Shown: piece by piece, positions 62,281-64,000 of the stretch
Layout: each line of letters starts with the position of its first letter
How positions within the stretch are numbered: the first letter of the stretch is position 1
From: Lama guanicoe
Lineage: Eukaryota
Reading direction: 5' to 3'
Assembly: GCA_013239625.1 (NCBI GenBank)
Contig: MU053629.1
Location: 1,639,567-1,703,566 of the forward strand
DNA length: 64,000 nucleotides
The notes under the pieces: generated by a model
The model's database searches: none
What the model was told of the DNA's origin: nothing
What the model saw: the letters and a program-made list of their open reading frames with translations, nothing else
Position numbers and translations under genes: made by a program

Positions 62281-64000
62281 AAATTGAATGTCCCTGTTCC
62301 TCAAAGTACTGAAGAATTTCCCAGCTTGCACCTTGGCTCTCATCATCTGCTCTACCTAGAAAGCCTTCTGCTCAATCTCCATCTCAAGGCTACCTTTCCA
62401 GCCTCACTGCCCATCACTTGCCTGCACCCGTCCTCTATTCCCCCAGGGTGGGCATAACCAGGCCCACAGCGACGGCTCTCTTCCATCCTTATTCTGGCTC
62501 TTCCTCTTGCCTAGAATGCCTTTTCTACTCTTCTCCACACTTTTAGAGCCTATCCTCCATCTCTACCTCCTTGTATCCTCTTACTTTTCAGTGAAAAAGC
62601 CCCTGACCTCCTGCTCTAACACCCTCAGCGCTGACCATGTTTACGAGGGAGTGGCCCTAGTTGCAGGCTGTCTCTCGGATTGTGATGCAGCTTTCCTGGG
62701 TGGTAAAATTTGAATCAGTTTTAAAGTGCCTGGCATCCCCTATGGTGTCGTGCATCTTGCATGTTTCATAAAAATTTGCTGTTGTGAACTGAAAGAATTG
62801 GGAGCCAGCAGTCCTTCCCTTTCTGCACCGTGAACGCCGTCCACCACCACTAGGGGCGCCCGAGCGCACACCTCCCAGCAGGGCTGCTATAGGGCTGGGT
62901 CAGGAGGGAATGGGGACTCAGCGAGGGTCCCAGGCGCAGTCTGAGGGCAGCAAAGAAATAGTTACCCCAAGGGTTTGGTCTAAGCTTCTTTGCTTCCCCC
63001 TCGTCCCATCAAAATAAGGTGTAGGGTGGTGGAAAAGAGCTCTATTTTGATGAATAGATTTCCTAGCTCATAGCATATTAGCAGTTCAGAAATGACAGCT
63101 TGAAAGGAAGGAGACAGAAAAATCTATGAAGAGCATTCACTGTTGAGACTAGTTAGTGCAGGGACAGCCAGCCCAGCTTAGAGGACAGCACTATGTTACA
63201 TCAGCTTCTGATAACTGTCTATTACTGTGACTCTGTGTCGTCAAGAAAAGGTGAAATTACATATATGCATATGTGATACATGTCTGGAAAATTTCACCTT
63301 AGAATGACTAAAATTGTGTTTAAAGCTTTGGTATTAAAGGAGGTGACATCAGTTTGCTCAAGTATTATTTAATCACATTGAATACCTTTTCCAATGGTGA
63401 CTACATGAGTTATTTTCATACTGTATTAAAATCTGTGTAGAGTTCTAGACTTGTTAAAAAAATTTTTTAAAACCTTGGGTATTGGGAAATTCCAATTTCA
63501 GCTCCACCACCATGGCTGTGTGAGCTTAAGCAGGCTACTTCCTCTCTCTGGGTCTCAGTCCCCTGGATGACATGCAAAGCCCCTTCAAGCTCTAGGCTCT
63601 GTCACTGCAAAGTGGCACAACTTCCCGAGCTGGCTGGGCCAATTCCCACTCGCCTGGGCCCCAAGGCAGGACCTGCACAGGCTCAGGTCTCCTGGCTGCA
63701 GGTCAGGAAGGAAGAACAGACTGCCGACCCGGACTGCCCTCTCGGGGTGGTACGAGCCCAGCCACGCTCCCTCACTCCTGTCATCCTCCTCCAGCTTTAT
63801 TTACTTCACCCACACACCTGACGTCACCTCCGAAGCACAGCTGGAGGAGGGATCGCATTCCTGTAGGTGCTGCCACTGCCCAGCCCGGGGCCCATGGAGC
63901 AGCTGCTAGGAGGGGAAACTGCCCCCACCTGCTAAAACAAAGCCACCTAGCTCAGCCCACCAGGCAGGCAGAGGGAGAGGCCATGTGGGAGAGGCCAACA

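Noticed and set aside
62841..62862. CTCF motif (ccactaggggcgcc)
   Set aside because: One G short of the core spacing, so not called. The one-mismatch site near 39805 was also left uncalled.

Overview
Mammalian genomic DNA, probably camelid (inferred from its tRNA-derived SINE family). The minus strand carries the 3' two-thirds of DAPK2 (DRP-1). Eight canonical coding exons (60907 to 37380) splice in frame with GT-AG sites and encode the C-terminal kinase lobe, the calmodulin-regulatory segment and the RRRSSTS tail. An alternative 609-nt terminal coding exon (49407-48799) encodes a ZIPK/DAPK3-like leucine-zipper tail (DRP-1beta-type isoform). The upstream DAPK2 exons lie beyond the right edge of the window. 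Positions 1-36,700 are downstream intergenic sequence rich in LINE-1, MIR, MaLR, ERV LTR and hAT relics. Notable items there: a decayed CFAP53 retrocopy fused to an L1 3' end, a TSD-flanked L1 with a swapped tail, a MER41-like solo LTR with a GAS motif, two co-oriented CTCF motifs and a MIR that looks orthologous to human MIR422A. A second solo LTR with eight CCAAT boxes sits antisense inside a DAPK2 intron. Most ORFs in the supplied track are spurious. Family names and orthologies come from recalled sequences, not searches; most repeat boundaries are approximate.
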